64,000 bases of DNA from Dehalococcoidia bacterium (GCA_963662435.1 OY759598.1:496001-560000), one strand, 5' to 3'; counted from the stretch's first letter, positions 52,419 through 62,014 are shown. A program made the numbers and translations. Notes: generated by a model from the sequence alone, not told the origin.

Positions 52419-52820
52419 TCATTGTCGCCTCCTCTCCCGAAACTCTGTAAGTGCCTGCCGAACCTTAGGAGGAAACAGCTTGACGATGTCAGGCGGGGCA
52501 TCTGATATGGACTCTAGGAATCGCTCAGAGAATGTCTCGCCTTCCTCCGACGGGGACTCGTAGGTTGCGCCCCACATGACGGCATATGTGCCGCCCATCG
52601 TGTCTTCCCAACTGGTTAATCGGAAAGACATCGGTTCATCCTCCCTAGGGGGCCAATAGGCAGAGAACCCGTGATACTCAGCGTCTACCACTACCGCGCC
52701 CGCTGGCCTGTCTCCAGTGACCAGGACCGCAAAGGCAATCAACGTAATCGTTATTCCAAACAAGGTTAGCACACTGAGAGTCGTAGTCATGACCAGCACC
52801 CACTTCCACTTAGCCTCCAT
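52419..52820 (-). CDS. Membrane-anchored hypothetical protein
   Basis: GGAGG RBS, N-terminal hydrophobic segment. Confidence 0.55.
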   Translation of the reverse strand: MEAKWKWVLVMTTTLSVLTLFGITITLIAFAVLVTGDRPAGAVVVDAEYHGFSAYWPPREDEPMSFRLTSWEDTMGGTYAVMWGATYESPSEEGETFSERFLESISDAPPDIVKLFPPKVRQALTEFRERRRQ

Positions 52821-52887
52821 GACTCCCTCCGAGAACTACTCTGCAGAATGGGTGCGGATCACCTGTTAGGCACCCCGCACCAGAAAG

Positions 52888-53520
52888 CTACTCACACTCG
52901 ATGTAGGACGACGCGGAATCTGTATTCGCGGCTGTAGTGCCATTCATAAATTGAACAGCAATGCCGACCTCGTTTTTGTAGAGGTGAAAACCACTGAGAC
53001 AATCCCCTGTGACAGTCTTCCTGTGAGCCAGCCAAGTCTTCCAACCACTGTCATAGGAAGCCACCGTTGTGGAACCTGAGGTCAGCTCAATGCCGAATCG
53101 TGTATAGGCTATGACGCTACCCAGACACGAGATCCCGCCATATGCCTTCACTTCGTCGGAACCCGATGGGTAAGGGTGGGACATGATGCGAGCACAATCC
53201 CACTCGTCATCTGCCACATCGTAGGTATAACCGTCGGTGTTGAATCGCTCGAATCTCGCTCGACGCCCAGGCGGCAGGAGTGCCAGTGCTTCTTCCGGTA
53301 TGGTGAGGTCCAGTCGGTATGCGGCTGGTGCCTGAGCGAAAGTAGTAGGCGAAGTTGGCAGTTCTCCCGTGTAGGTACCCCAGAACAACATGATGGTCTC
53401 GTTGCCATCAGAGTATGTGATCTGCCCTTCGTAGTCCGTGTTCTGCCTTGGCGGACTAGCTGCCGTGAGGAAAACGGCCAGTGCCGTCAGTATCCCGATA
53501 CCCAACGTTCGTTTCAACAT
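52888..53520 (-). CDS. Secreted protein with a 4-Cys C-terminal domain
   Basis: Signal peptide; resembles the ORF at 55635-56207. Confidence 0.65.
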   Translation of the reverse strand: MLKRTLGIGILTALAVFLTAASPPRQNTDYEGQITYSDGNETIMLFWGTYTGELPTSPTTFAQAPAAYRLDLTIPEEALALLPPGRRARFERFNTDGYTYDVADDEWDCARIMSHPYPSGSDEVKAYGGISCLGSVIAYTRFGIELTSGSTTVASYDSGWKTWLAHRKTVTGDCLSGFHLYKNEVGIAVQFMNGTTAANTDSASSYIECE

Positions 53521-53628
53521 TGCACATCCGCCTTTCTCTCAGCATTGTGGCAACAGCGGCATAAGCACACTAGCTCCTGTGTCCATCACCGGGAGTTACT
53601 TACGCAGCAATTAGGTATAGGACATAGA

Positions 53629-53940
53629 TTGTCCCGTCAGCCTTATCAGCTGGAAGACTTGACCATCGGATATTCAGACCGCCGAGTGACCGTATCTGGG
53701 TGTGTGGTGAAATTGTCCTCGACGGAGTACAAGCTTCTCTTCGAGTTGTCGATCAGTGCCGGTAGGGTACTGACCCACGACCAGATATTGCAGCGTGTCT
53801 GGGGATGGGAGTACTCAGGGGATGTCGATCTGCTTCGGAGCACCGTCAAGAACCTGCGTCGCAAGCTGGGAGACGATGCCAACGACCCAAGGTACATCTT
53901 CACCGAGCCCCGCGTCGGCTACCGGATGCCAAAGCCGTAG
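53629..53940 (+). CDS. OmpR-type winged-helix domain only (fragment or standalone)
   Basis: 'LSSTEYKLL...GRVLTHDQILQRVWG...LRRKLGDD...YIFTEPRVGYRM'; no receiver domain. Confidence 0.7.
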   Translation: MSRQPYQLEDLTIGYSDRRVTVSGCVVKLSSTEYKLLFELSISAGRVLTHDQILQRVWGWEYSGDVDLLRSTVKNLRRKLGDDANDPRYIFTEPRVGYRMPKP

Positions 53941-54289
53941 CCTAGCGAGCAATACCGCTGCTGTCCCGGAGAGTTGACGATGGACTCGAATCCCGTGGGG
54001 CGTCTGAGAGACTCTCGGTCCTTGAACCCATCCTTCACGGGAGAGCAGGGGGCGGGCTGCAAGTACGTGGAGCCAGAGCCACTCTTGTTGGGGCACTCAT
54101 CCGCTGGCCTATCCATTGCAAGCGGGTGGTGGAGTCCTAACCGCCGCTCTACCGGCACTCGGAGAACAGCCACAAGCTGCCTCCCTGCGACTAGTCCGGG
54201 AACCTCTACACCCATACCACTCGGAACTACGAGATTAATGCCATTGGGCGTCGCGGCGACCGAGAGGCACGGGCATCGCCTTATGGGAG

Positions 54290-55633
54290 CTACGGTGTCG
54301 GTGGGTTGACATCAACCGACATACCAGGCGAAACAGTGAAGGAAAATGCACTGTCAGGTATCGACACATCGAACTCGATATCCATCACCTCGACGCCTGC
54401 GAACCCTTCGCCCTGACGGCGGGCTTCGATCCGCAGAAGGATGCCCCGCTCGGCATCTATGAGTAACTCATACTCATCCGCGCCCTTCCACCAGTACCAA
54501 CCGTCGGATTCTTGGACGGGTTCCGCCTGAACACGTATCGTCTCCCGGCCCACATACCTCATTCGGCCAACCGGCTCCATCCGTAGCCCAGAAATAAGCC
54601 AGGAGGGCTCTAGAGATATCTGCGACAGGATCGCGTATTCCGCGTTCTTGTAATCGGGACGCACTGGCCTGCTTAGGACCTTGACCTCGGCTCCGCATGG
54701 AATCTGTTCCTTCGGAGAGTTTGTCACCGTCACACCAGACGGGTAACCTTGCCACCAAATGTCCCCATTGAGTAGAAAGACGATGGGGCCGGAGAAAGGA
54801 GCCCGAGTTGCTATCTCCTGCCGAAAGCGGGAAGGATTATCGATCCATAGTCGCGACCCAATCTCCGTTTTGGGGATCGCGTCCGTCATCTTGGATTGCG
54901 AGGGACTGCTTGTCCCTTCTTGATACCTGTGCCACTGTCGGATGGATGCTCGCAACGTAGAGAAGCTATACCGAGCTCCATACAACAAGCGGACAACGTC
55001 GGCGATGCCTTGGTGTCGAGAGGTGGGCTGTAAGACAGCACCTTTGAACTTGACGTCATGTAGCTCGTCACCAAGGAGGGCCTTACCCCTGTAAAGGGAA
55101 ACATGGCTAATCAGTATGCCTCGCTCTTTGTCTATTGTCAGTTTGTACTCGTCTGCCATCCCTCCTAGAGGATTACTCCCAACCTCAATGTTATGCCGTC
55201 TGGGTTCGGCCTGTAGTTCTATGGCTTCGCGGGTGCCGACGGAAACCTCCCTGATGGTGTTGATTTTGACGTAAGGTATCAGAACTTTCGGATGGATCAT
55301 GGGTTCATACGGGAACCCTCCAGATGTAGCTGACCGGTCTTGCAGATCAACCAAGCCTACTCTGTGCTCTCCTTGGGAAGACTCTTGGACCCGGACAAGA
55401 AAGTCCTCATGGATGCAAGCGGCCAAGGGCCGATTGGTCTGACGGGAAGGGCGCCGTGGAGTGATGGAGGCCGCAGTGCCTGGCTCTTGAGTTGCTAGCC
55501 ACTCCTGTTGTGCTTCGGCCATTTCCTTGGCCTTATACCATGAACGCCCTGTCGCGTCGAAACCTGAGAAGCGTGTAGAGGCGGTGTACAGCAATCCGAG
55601 AACCTGGGTCAAAGACTCCTGTGGGACCATCAT
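54290..55633 (-). CDS. Hypothetical protein with two tandem LolA/RseB-like halves
   Basis: Repeated 'ADEYxLxIDxERGIL...F'; starts right after the upstream stop. Confidence 0.5.
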   Translation of the reverse strand: MMVPQESLTQVLGLLYTASTRFSGFDATGRSWYKAKEMAEAQQEWLATQEPGTAASITPRRPSRQTNRPLAACIHEDFLVRVQESSQGEHRVGLVDLQDRSATSGGFPYEPMIHPKVLIPYVKINTIREVSVGTREAIELQAEPRRHNIEVGSNPLGGMADEYKLTIDKERGILISHVSLYRGKALLGDELHDVKFKGAVLQPTSRHQGIADVVRLLYGARYSFSTLRASIRQWHRYQEGTSSPSQSKMTDAIPKTEIGSRLWIDNPSRFRQEIATRAPFSGPIVFLLNGDIWWQGYPSGVTVTNSPKEQIPCGAEVKVLSRPVRPDYKNAEYAILSQISLEPSWLISGLRMEPVGRMRYVGRETIRVQAEPVQESDGWYWWKGADEYELLIDAERGILLRIEARRQGEGFAGVEVMDIEFDVSIPDSAFSFTVSPGMSVDVNPPTP

Positions 55634-55634
55634 A

Positions 55635-56207
55635 TCAACAGCGCAGCACAGCGCTGTTCCCCGTAGTGGCCGTCCCCAACTCACCTCCGCTGAATGCAAC
55701 GACGTGAAACCCTACTATCAAGTATGTCGAGTATTCCAAGGGGTTCAGAGCACATCCAGTTCCAGGGTTTACCGAGACTGGCTTTCTGCTCGTCCATGTC
55801 TTCGCCTTCAGGGGGGCCGAGGCTATTCGCACGTAGCTATCGCCTCTCAATTCGTACAGTATGGCCGCAACCCCAATCACTAAGACTCTCGACTCACACC
55901 AAGTGTCGGATTGTCCCGTCACATTTCCCCGTGTGAGAGGATGATGTGATCGATGGATATTGTGGCTCTTGCCCCAGCAGGTGGCTGCGCTACTCGCATT
56001 TTGGGCCGATGATCCGCCGATGCCCGACTTGCCGGATTCGGAGGATGGACCTGAATAGTTATCCATCATCGATTGAAGCTTCTGCTTCACCCTTGTCACG
56101 TCAGGATCCGAAGCCCATGCAGTGTTAGATCCGCCGTAAGACACCACGACCAACGCTACCAGCAACGCCGCAAGGATCTGAATTACTACTACACGTCTCA
56201 ACACCAT
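55635..56207 (-). CDS. Secreted protein with a 4-Cys C-terminal domain
   Basis: AGGAG RBS, signal peptide (AWA), Ser/Gly linker. Confidence 0.65.
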   Translation of the reverse strand: MVLRRVVVIQILAALLVALVVVSYGGSNTAWASDPDVTRVKQKLQSMMDNYSGPSSESGKSGIGGSSAQNASSAATCWGKSHNIHRSHHPLTRGNVTGQSDTWCESRVLVIGVAAILYELRGDSYVRIASAPLKAKTWTSRKPVSVNPGTGCALNPLEYSTYLIVGFHVVAFSGGELGTATTGNSAVLRC

Positions 56208-56529
56208 GATTGACTCTCCTTTCGTTGCCTATTCCTGTACCTACTCGCCACTATGGGACGTATCAGTTATTCTCTTGCCCCTGCTCGAGCGTAATGGGGG
56301 GCGGTCCCGAGCATCTTCTCCTTCCTTCGGGCCACGGGGGCTCGCCAAATGCACCGCATCGCACGGTGTACCTATTGTGCTCACCTCCTCATCGGTCGCA
56401 CAACCGGTTCCCTCAGCGCTTCTGCCGGGCCTTGCTCGTCAATGCTGTTGGAGAAAAGAGGAAAGGAGAGGTATTGACCGGCGAGAACGCTGCCATGCAA
56501 CGTCCTCGCCGGCCGCACTCTCAAGACTC

Positions 56530-56640
56530 TCATGCCTGGTATTGCCGCCACCGCCTGCTGACCTTGATGATTGGCGGTGTGAGTGCTAAGACCCCGACGG
56601 TTGCCACCGCGATGCCGATAGCCAGATTCCTCTTGCTCAT
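56530..56640 (-). CDS. 36-aa single-TM peptide
   Basis: GAGGAGG RBS; MSKRNLAIGIAVATVGVLALTPPIIKVSRRWRQYQA. Confidence 0.4.
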   Translation of the reverse strand: MSKRNLAIGIAVATVGVLALTPPIIKVSRRWRQYQA

Positions 56641-57001
56641 TGCTTTACCTCCTCAAGGATTCTCTCGGTCGTTTACGTTGAAGACGCGTATTGGACTGAT
56701 CATGCGGTTCTTGCTTGCCCCTGCGCAGCCGGGTGAAGAGTTGCTTTGAGCAATCACTTCGCCCTCTACCGGCAGGGGCCTGAACAGATGCACCGGTTTA
56801 CGCACTGCCCCCTGATACGGATCAGATGTCCAGCCATTTGGCGTCTCCTCAGCGATTGATGCTGCCTACGATAAGGGGTGGATATGAAACGGCCATGAAA
56901 AACAGCCCCACTTCCATGAAAGAACTCATGAAGATTTCCAGTGTTTCCATGAAAACTCTACTAGATGACCGTGATGGGAAAACTCCGGCCGGATTCGAGA
57001 G

Positions 57002-57130
57002 TTACCTCACTGTCAGTGCGGTACTCGACACTGTTGCCCACTTCCCAATACGGAGTTTCAGGAGGTGCGTTGCCATGAGCACCAGCGCCACCGCGGTCAG
57101 GATCCCGATAATCAACGTTCGCTTCAACAT
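57002..57130 (-). pseudogene. Truncated paralog of the 52888-53520 gene (signal peptide only)
   Basis: MLKRTLIIGILTAVA vs MLKRTLGIGILTALA, with similar upstream RBS region. Confidence 0.5.
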
Positions 57131-57735
57131 CGCAACATACTCCTTTCGTCGACTTGTGGCAGTCGCCGTCTACGGATATGTCGCCTGAGACTAAGTCGAT
57201 ATGGAGAGACGGCTACCTGTGATTGGCAACCCTGATGGACTCTCCAAGCGGGAGAACGCTCGGCATCAGGGTGCGAATGAGACTTCATATGTGCAAATCA
57301 ACCCCATTTCCACAAACAGAGACCGGGTTCAGCGAAAGAGCGTCCCACCGATGGCGGTTGTAGAATGCCCGGGTGCCCCGCAATCCCGCTATGGAACCGC
57401 AGGGGGTGTGCGGCACGATGGCAGGAGTACGGTCACTGAAGACGGTCGTCCGGGAATACTCCTTATTGAGACTGGAAAGGGACTGGATATGGGAACTACT
57501 GATACGGACCCACTAGCTAGAGTGAGACTTCTAGCTTGAAAGTTCTGTGTACAGTGAGGTCAGGCGTACCACCATTACCGTATTGTCCTTGCTAGTCTTT
57601 CCTCTAGTCTCTAAAGGTGTGTCCAGAGACCAAGTTAGGACCATTCCTGGTGAACTTTGAACTTGCGTGCACCCTGAGCCTGCCGAAGGGCGTTCAAGGT
57701 TCCATGAGGTCCCGAAGCTAGTTTTCGTGCATTGA

Positions 57736-58902
57736 TCAGTCCCGCCGGTCTGCCGGTGTCCAGCCACGCTGCGCGCGCCACTCAGGACCGATGCCGGAGA
57801 ATCTACCCAGGCCGAGCGCGCTGATGTCGATGCTCGACTCCCCGTACAGCACCAGTTCGCTGACGGCCTTTCCGGTAGCCGGTGCAATGCCGAACCCGTG
57901 TGCCGAAGCCGTGACGACAACGTAGTTGCTGGGGCTGTCCAGCCGGTCGATGATCGGCAGGTAGTCTGGGGCCTGTTCTACTACACCTGCCCAGCTTCGA
58001 ATTACCGGCACGTTTGCAGCTCCTGGCAGCAGCTCGGCAAGCCGCCTGGCAATATTCCTGATGAGTGGGGTGTTGGGCTTGCTCGGGTTGTCCGTCAGGC
58101 CAATGTCGGTCCATTCATGTGGACCTCCACCGAAGAGCAGATTGCCCCGCGTGGCCTGTCGTCCATACAGGCCGTTTCCGATAAGGCCGATACTGAAGAG
58201 CGGCTCCAGGGGAGCGGTGGCCAGAATCTCCACCCTTGCCGGCGCCACGGGAACGTGGACTCCCACCATCTCCGCCAAGAGTCCTGTCTGCGGCCCAGCG
58301 GCAGCAACTACCACATCGGCAGCGATGGAGCCTTCCATAGTCTCGACCGACGTGACCCTGCCGCCTGCGACCTTCATGCCGGTGACGGCGGTGTGCTGAT
58401 GGATCCTCCCTCCCAGGTCCTGAAAGGCCCACGCAAATGCCTGAACCGCGCGCTGGGGATTGGCGTGACCGCCATTGGCGAAGAACAGCCCTCCCAGCGT
58501 CCTCCCCGTGATTCCGGGAATCAAGTCCTGTATCTCAGAGGGGTCGACCTGCTCCACGCTGAGACCCCGGCGCAGCGCTTCGTCTCTTTCAGAGAAGAGA
58601 TCTCCCATCTCCTCTTCGGAAACCGCGACCTGGAGCCTTCCTTGATGAGTGAACTCAGTGGGATAGCCCAGCTCGTCGTCCAGGGTCGGCCAGATATTCA
58701 AGGACTCGACGGCCATCGGAATCATCGGCGGTTCGTCGACCCGCTCGCTGATCATGCCGCCGTTTCGCCCGGAGGCCTCGCCACCGACGAAACCTTTCTC
58801 AACCACCACGACATCCTTGCCCGCCTTGGCAAGGTAGTAGGCCGACGTCAGGCCGGATACGCCGGCCCCGATGACTACCACGTCTGCGCTTTGCGTGGGC
58901 AT
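57736..58902 (-). CDS. FAD-dependent oxidoreductase (HcnC/OoxB/SoxB-like)
   Basis: 'IGAGVSG', 'ASGRNGG', 'RSWAG', 'AHGFGIAP'. Confidence 0.85.
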   Translation of the reverse strand: MPTQSADVVVIGAGVSGLTSAYYLAKAGKDVVVVEKGFVGGEASGRNGGMISERVDEPPMIPMAVESLNIWPTLDDELGYPTEFTHQGRLQVAVSEEEMGDLFSERDEALRRGLSVEQVDPSEIQDLIPGITGRTLGGLFFANGGHANPQRAVQAFAWAFQDLGGRIHQHTAVTGMKVAGGRVTSVETMEGSIAADVVVAAAGPQTGLLAEMVGVHVPVAPARVEILATAPLEPLFSIGLIGNGLYGRQATRGNLLFGGGPHEWTDIGLTDNPSKPNTPLIRNIARRLAELLPGAANVPVIRSWAGVVEQAPDYLPIIDRLDSPSNYVVVTASAHGFGIAPATGKAVSELVLYGESSIDISALGLGRFSGIGPEWRAQRGWTPADRRD

Positions 58903-58936
58903 GATGTCGCTCCGGTTGTAGGCCTGCGCCGCCTGC

Positions 58937-60469
58937 CTATCCCAGTACCTGGTTCGTCGGACTGAACCACTTTGGCCAGTCGCTCCGCACGTGCTCCGTC
59001 TCATCGTTGGGCCACATAACCTTCAGGGGAAGCGGTCGCGCTGGCGGCCTGTAAGACATGAGGGGAATATCGGCAATGTCGGTCCCCGACTCCTCCGCGA
59101 GCAGCATGGACACCTGCTCACGGCATAGCCTGCCTTGACAGTGGCCGGTTCCTGCCCTAGTCAGGCGTTTGACCTGGTTCGGATTGATCGGACCTTCTTC
59201 CGTGAGCGTTCCGAGACTCCGGCGGCTCATTTGCTCCGACTCCCAACCCAGGTACCGCGGCGGTTGCAAGTCGAGGAGGTCGGCACAGGTAACCTCTTCG
59301 CACGGACAAGCGTAGATATCTTGCCCTCCGGCATTCACGAAGGACTGCAGCCATCTCTTCCAGCCCGAATGCACTTCGGTCGGTTTTGACTCGTTCGATG
59401 CCGCCCGCAGGTCAGCTATCCGGCCCGACGCCTCGTCTTCAGCGATGGCTCCCAACGACGCGGCAGCAGCGATACCCGCTATGCGGCCTTGCATTCGAGC
59501 GTTTTCGTGGTCGAGTATCTTTTCGTCGTTGAAACCGGCTGCATCCCCAGCGACAAATACCGTATCGACGCCGGTCCTTCCCCGATCGTCGTGGTCGGGT
59601 ACAAACCCGCCCAACTTAGACCTGAAGGTGAGGTCGCACCCCAGGAGACTGAGGAGCTCTACGTTAGGCACCAGACCGATGGCGAGACAGACGGTGTCGG
59701 CGTCGATAGTTTTCTCGGTACCGGCTACGGGACTGCAATCGTCGTCGGTCTCGACCAGCACGACGGACTCGACCTCGCCGTTTTTGCCAACTGCCTTCCT
59801 TACCGTGTGGGAGGTATGGAACGCCACGCCCGCGCCCTGCAGGGATTTGGCAAGGCCCTTGTCGCCGCGGACGGCAGCCGACACCTCGACGATGGCGGAT
59901 ACCTCGATTCCGCCGTCCTGCGCCATCTTGGCGGTGTTCAGGCCCAGGTTGCCTGACCCCAGGACGACCATGCGCCGTGACGAAAGAGCCTCATAACGGC
60001 TTATTAGCAAGTGGACGCCATTGGCGCCCATCACTCCCGCCAGGTCCCAACCTGCGAAAGCGATGCCCAAGTCCCGGGAGCCGGTTGCAACGATGAGCCG
60101 GTCGTACTTAATCAGCCAGGACCGTTCCTCGTCGGCCAGGCCGAGTTGCGGGCCGTCGAGAACCCTGCTGGTCTCGGTGTTGGCGAAGGCTCCCCACACA
60201 CTTGTCCCAAGCAGGACTTCGACGCCGGCTTCTTCGGCCTCTGTGAGAGCTACGTTGGTATTGGTCACCCTCTCGAGCATCGCGGCCCTGTCACGGAGCG
60301 ACTCAGTGGACCGCAGGCCGAAGAACAGGGGAACATTCAACTCAACCATGGAATCCGAGAGCGGGTTCTCGTCGATGAGCGTGACCCGCACTCCAGCCTT
60401 GGCTGCCTCAATGGCGGCGGCCGTCCCCGAGACCCCTGCACCCACAACCACAAGAGGCCTGGAATCCAT
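58937..60469 (-). CDS. FAD/NAD(P) oxidoreductase with BFD-like Cys motif (HcnB/OoxA/SoxA-like)
   Basis: 'GAGVSG', 'ATGS', 'AGD', 'CPCEEVT...KRLTRAGTGHCQGRLC...RPP'. Confidence 0.85.
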   Translation of the reverse strand: MDSRPLVVVGAGVSGTAAAIEAAKAGVRVTLIDENPLSDSMVELNVPLFFGLRSTESLRDRAAMLERVTNTNVALTEAEEAGVEVLLGTSVWGAFANTETSRVLDGPQLGLADEERSWLIKYDRLIVATGSRDLGIAFAGWDLAGVMGANGVHLLISRYEALSSRRMVVLGSGNLGLNTAKMAQDGGIEVSAIVEVSAAVRGDKGLAKSLQGAGVAFHTSHTVRKAVGKNGEVESVVLVETDDDCSPVAGTEKTIDADTVCLAIGLVPNVELLSLLGCDLTFRSKLGGFVPDHDDRGRTGVDTVFVAGDAAGFNDEKILDHENARMQGRIAGIAAAASLGAIAEDEASGRIADLRAASNESKPTEVHSGWKRWLQSFVNAGGQDIYACPCEEVTCADLLDLQPPRYLGWESEQMSRRSLGTLTEEGPINPNQVKRLTRAGTGHCQGRLCREQVSMLLAEESGTDIADIPLMSYRPPARPLPLKVMWPNDETEHVRSDWPKWFSPTNQVLG

Positions 60470-60546
60470 GAGAGGTACCTCCCGTACAGCCGGAGAACGG
60501 TCCTCCGCAACGTGCTGGACTTACTTGGACTCTCTAGAAGCGCGAA

Positions 60547-61608
60547 TTATGCCGCTTTTCTCGGTGACGAAAGCCGGCTGGGCAGGGAGCCGCTCAGGGC
60601 CTTGACGTAGTCGACCCCAAAACCGCAGCAGGTGCCTATGACTTGGGCCCCCATTCCGACCCATTCGTCGGCCCCTTTCGCTAACTCTACTGCGGAATCT
60701 TGGTTGGCGACCATGCTGTCCTGCCAGGTCTCGAGGTAGTCGATCCTTCCGGCATCGGGATAGGCGACAATGGGGCCGGACCATTGGTCGAGGACGACCT
60801 GCAACGCCGCCGTGGTCTCATCGATCCTGCTGTGGAACACGCCGATTACGTCGGGATTCAGCGGAATAATCTCGCTGAGGCCATCGGCCAGGGTCATCTC
60901 ATAGTCGACCGTCCTCCAACTGGAGGTCAACATCGGCATCCCCATGCCGGTGCTGTATTGACGATCATCGCCCAAACTCAACCTGACCGTATTCCCGTCC
61001 GATGCGATTGAAGCAGTGAAGGCCACCCAAACCGGCAGTCCTGTCGCCATTGCCGCTTCAGTGGCAATGACCCTGGACCTGTTGTCGGCCCACATGTTCT
61101 CCATGAGGAAGAAGTCCACGCCGGACTCTGCCAGGATGTCCGCCTGCTCGTCGACGTGGTTCCTCAACTCTTCGGCCGAGAGGCTGGCGCCATAGCCGTA
61201 GCCGGTGCCCCCCAGGAGTGTACCGGTCCTACGGTCGCGAACAGGAATTCGGCACGAGATGGAGCCGGCAATGTAAACCGCCTTGTCCCCAGCGACCCGG
61301 TCCCTGGCCTCCAGCGCCGCGTCCACTGACCGGACATTTATCTCCCTCACCAACTCGCTGTACCCGGACGCTTCCAGCGCGGGACGAAGGGTATTGAAGG
61401 TGTTGGTGGTTATTATGTCGGCCCCCGCCCGTATGTAGCGCTCGTGCATCTGTCGCACGGTTGTGGGGTGCGTGTAGTTGCCGGGACCGCACCATGAGGC
61501 TGGATCCATCGGCACCCCCATAGCCTGAAGCTCCGTGCCGATGGCCCCGTCCAGGATGATTACTTCACCTTGTTCTATCCGGCTCTTCAATACCTCGTAG
61601 TTGGACAT
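60547..61608 (-). CDS. Homocysteine S-methyltransferase family
   Basis: 'LDGAIGTEL', 'AGADIITTNTF', 'AYP', 'GTCCG'. Confidence 0.88.
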   Translation of the reverse strand: MSNYEVLKSRIEQGEVIILDGAIGTELQAMGVPMDPASWCGPGNYTHPTTVRQMHERYIRAGADIITTNTFNTLRPALEASGYSELVREINVRSVDAALEARDRVAGDKAVYIAGSISCRIPVRDRRTGTLLGGTGYGYGASLSAEELRNHVDEQADILAESGVDFFLMENMWADNRSRVIATEAAMATGLPVWVAFTASIASDGNTVRLSLGDDRQYSTGMGMPMLTSSWRTVDYEMTLADGLSEIIPLNPDVIGVFHSRIDETTAALQVVLDQWSGPIVAYPDAGRIDYLETWQDSMVANQDSAVELAKGADEWVGMGAQVIGTCCGFGVDYVKALSGSLPSRLSSPRKAA

Positions 61609-61956
61609 GAGCAGGCTCTCCCTGACTAGTCATTACAATCTCCCGCATTTCGCAGATGATGCTTCCGACGTCGAGACAACGTACAACTCACTATGGTGCT
61701 CATAGTAAGTACCCATATGGGTCGTGTCAATAACTTTTAGGACGGAAAAATCAGCTCAAAATAAATTGGAAAAACGTGTTTCAAGAGAGTGGAAGTTGAG
61801 AGTGCACGCTGCAACTGCCTGAAGCCCTCGAATCACCAAGATTCGTGAGTCGTACTCGGAGACATTCATAGCGCCCCCGTCGGTCAGTGAGCAGCACTTC
61901 CATCCTTCGCCAAACGCAGGGGAAACAGGGTCACATTGGTCACCATGCAATAGAAT

Positions 61957-61984
61957 ATGACCATGGTCATGACCATGCTATAAT
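61957..61984 (+). promoter_or_regulatory. TA operator palindromes next to a -10 box
   Basis: Overlapping palindromes atgaccatggtcat and catggtcatgaccatg; TATAAT at 61979-61984. Confidence 0.65.
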
Positions 61985-62014
61985 GTAGTCATAAATTGCG
62001 AGTGGGAGAGGAAA

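Larger units (their letters stand above)
42296..57571. mobile_element. ~15.3-kb integrative mobilizable element at the tRNA-Arg 3' end
   Basis: Direct repeat caggcgtacca at 42296-42306 and 57561-57571; inner arms form a 16/20 inverted repeat; encodes a serine recombinase, relaxase-like protein and coupling protein. Confidence 0.85.

Noticed and set aside
53980..54010. ggactcgaatcccgtgggg as a tRNA fragment or alternative att
   Set aside because: Only T-loop-like; no match to the tRNA-Arg or tRNA-His 3' ends, and 57561-57571 fits much better
57226..57273. ccctgatg...catcaggg hairpin as an ncRNA
   Set aside because: Single stem, no recognisable family motif
57572..57583. ccattaccgta echoing the left inner arm, as the scar of a second tandem element
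   Set aside because: Only 8 bp shared; equally explained as an attB recognition arm, and no integrase remnant is recognisable beyond it
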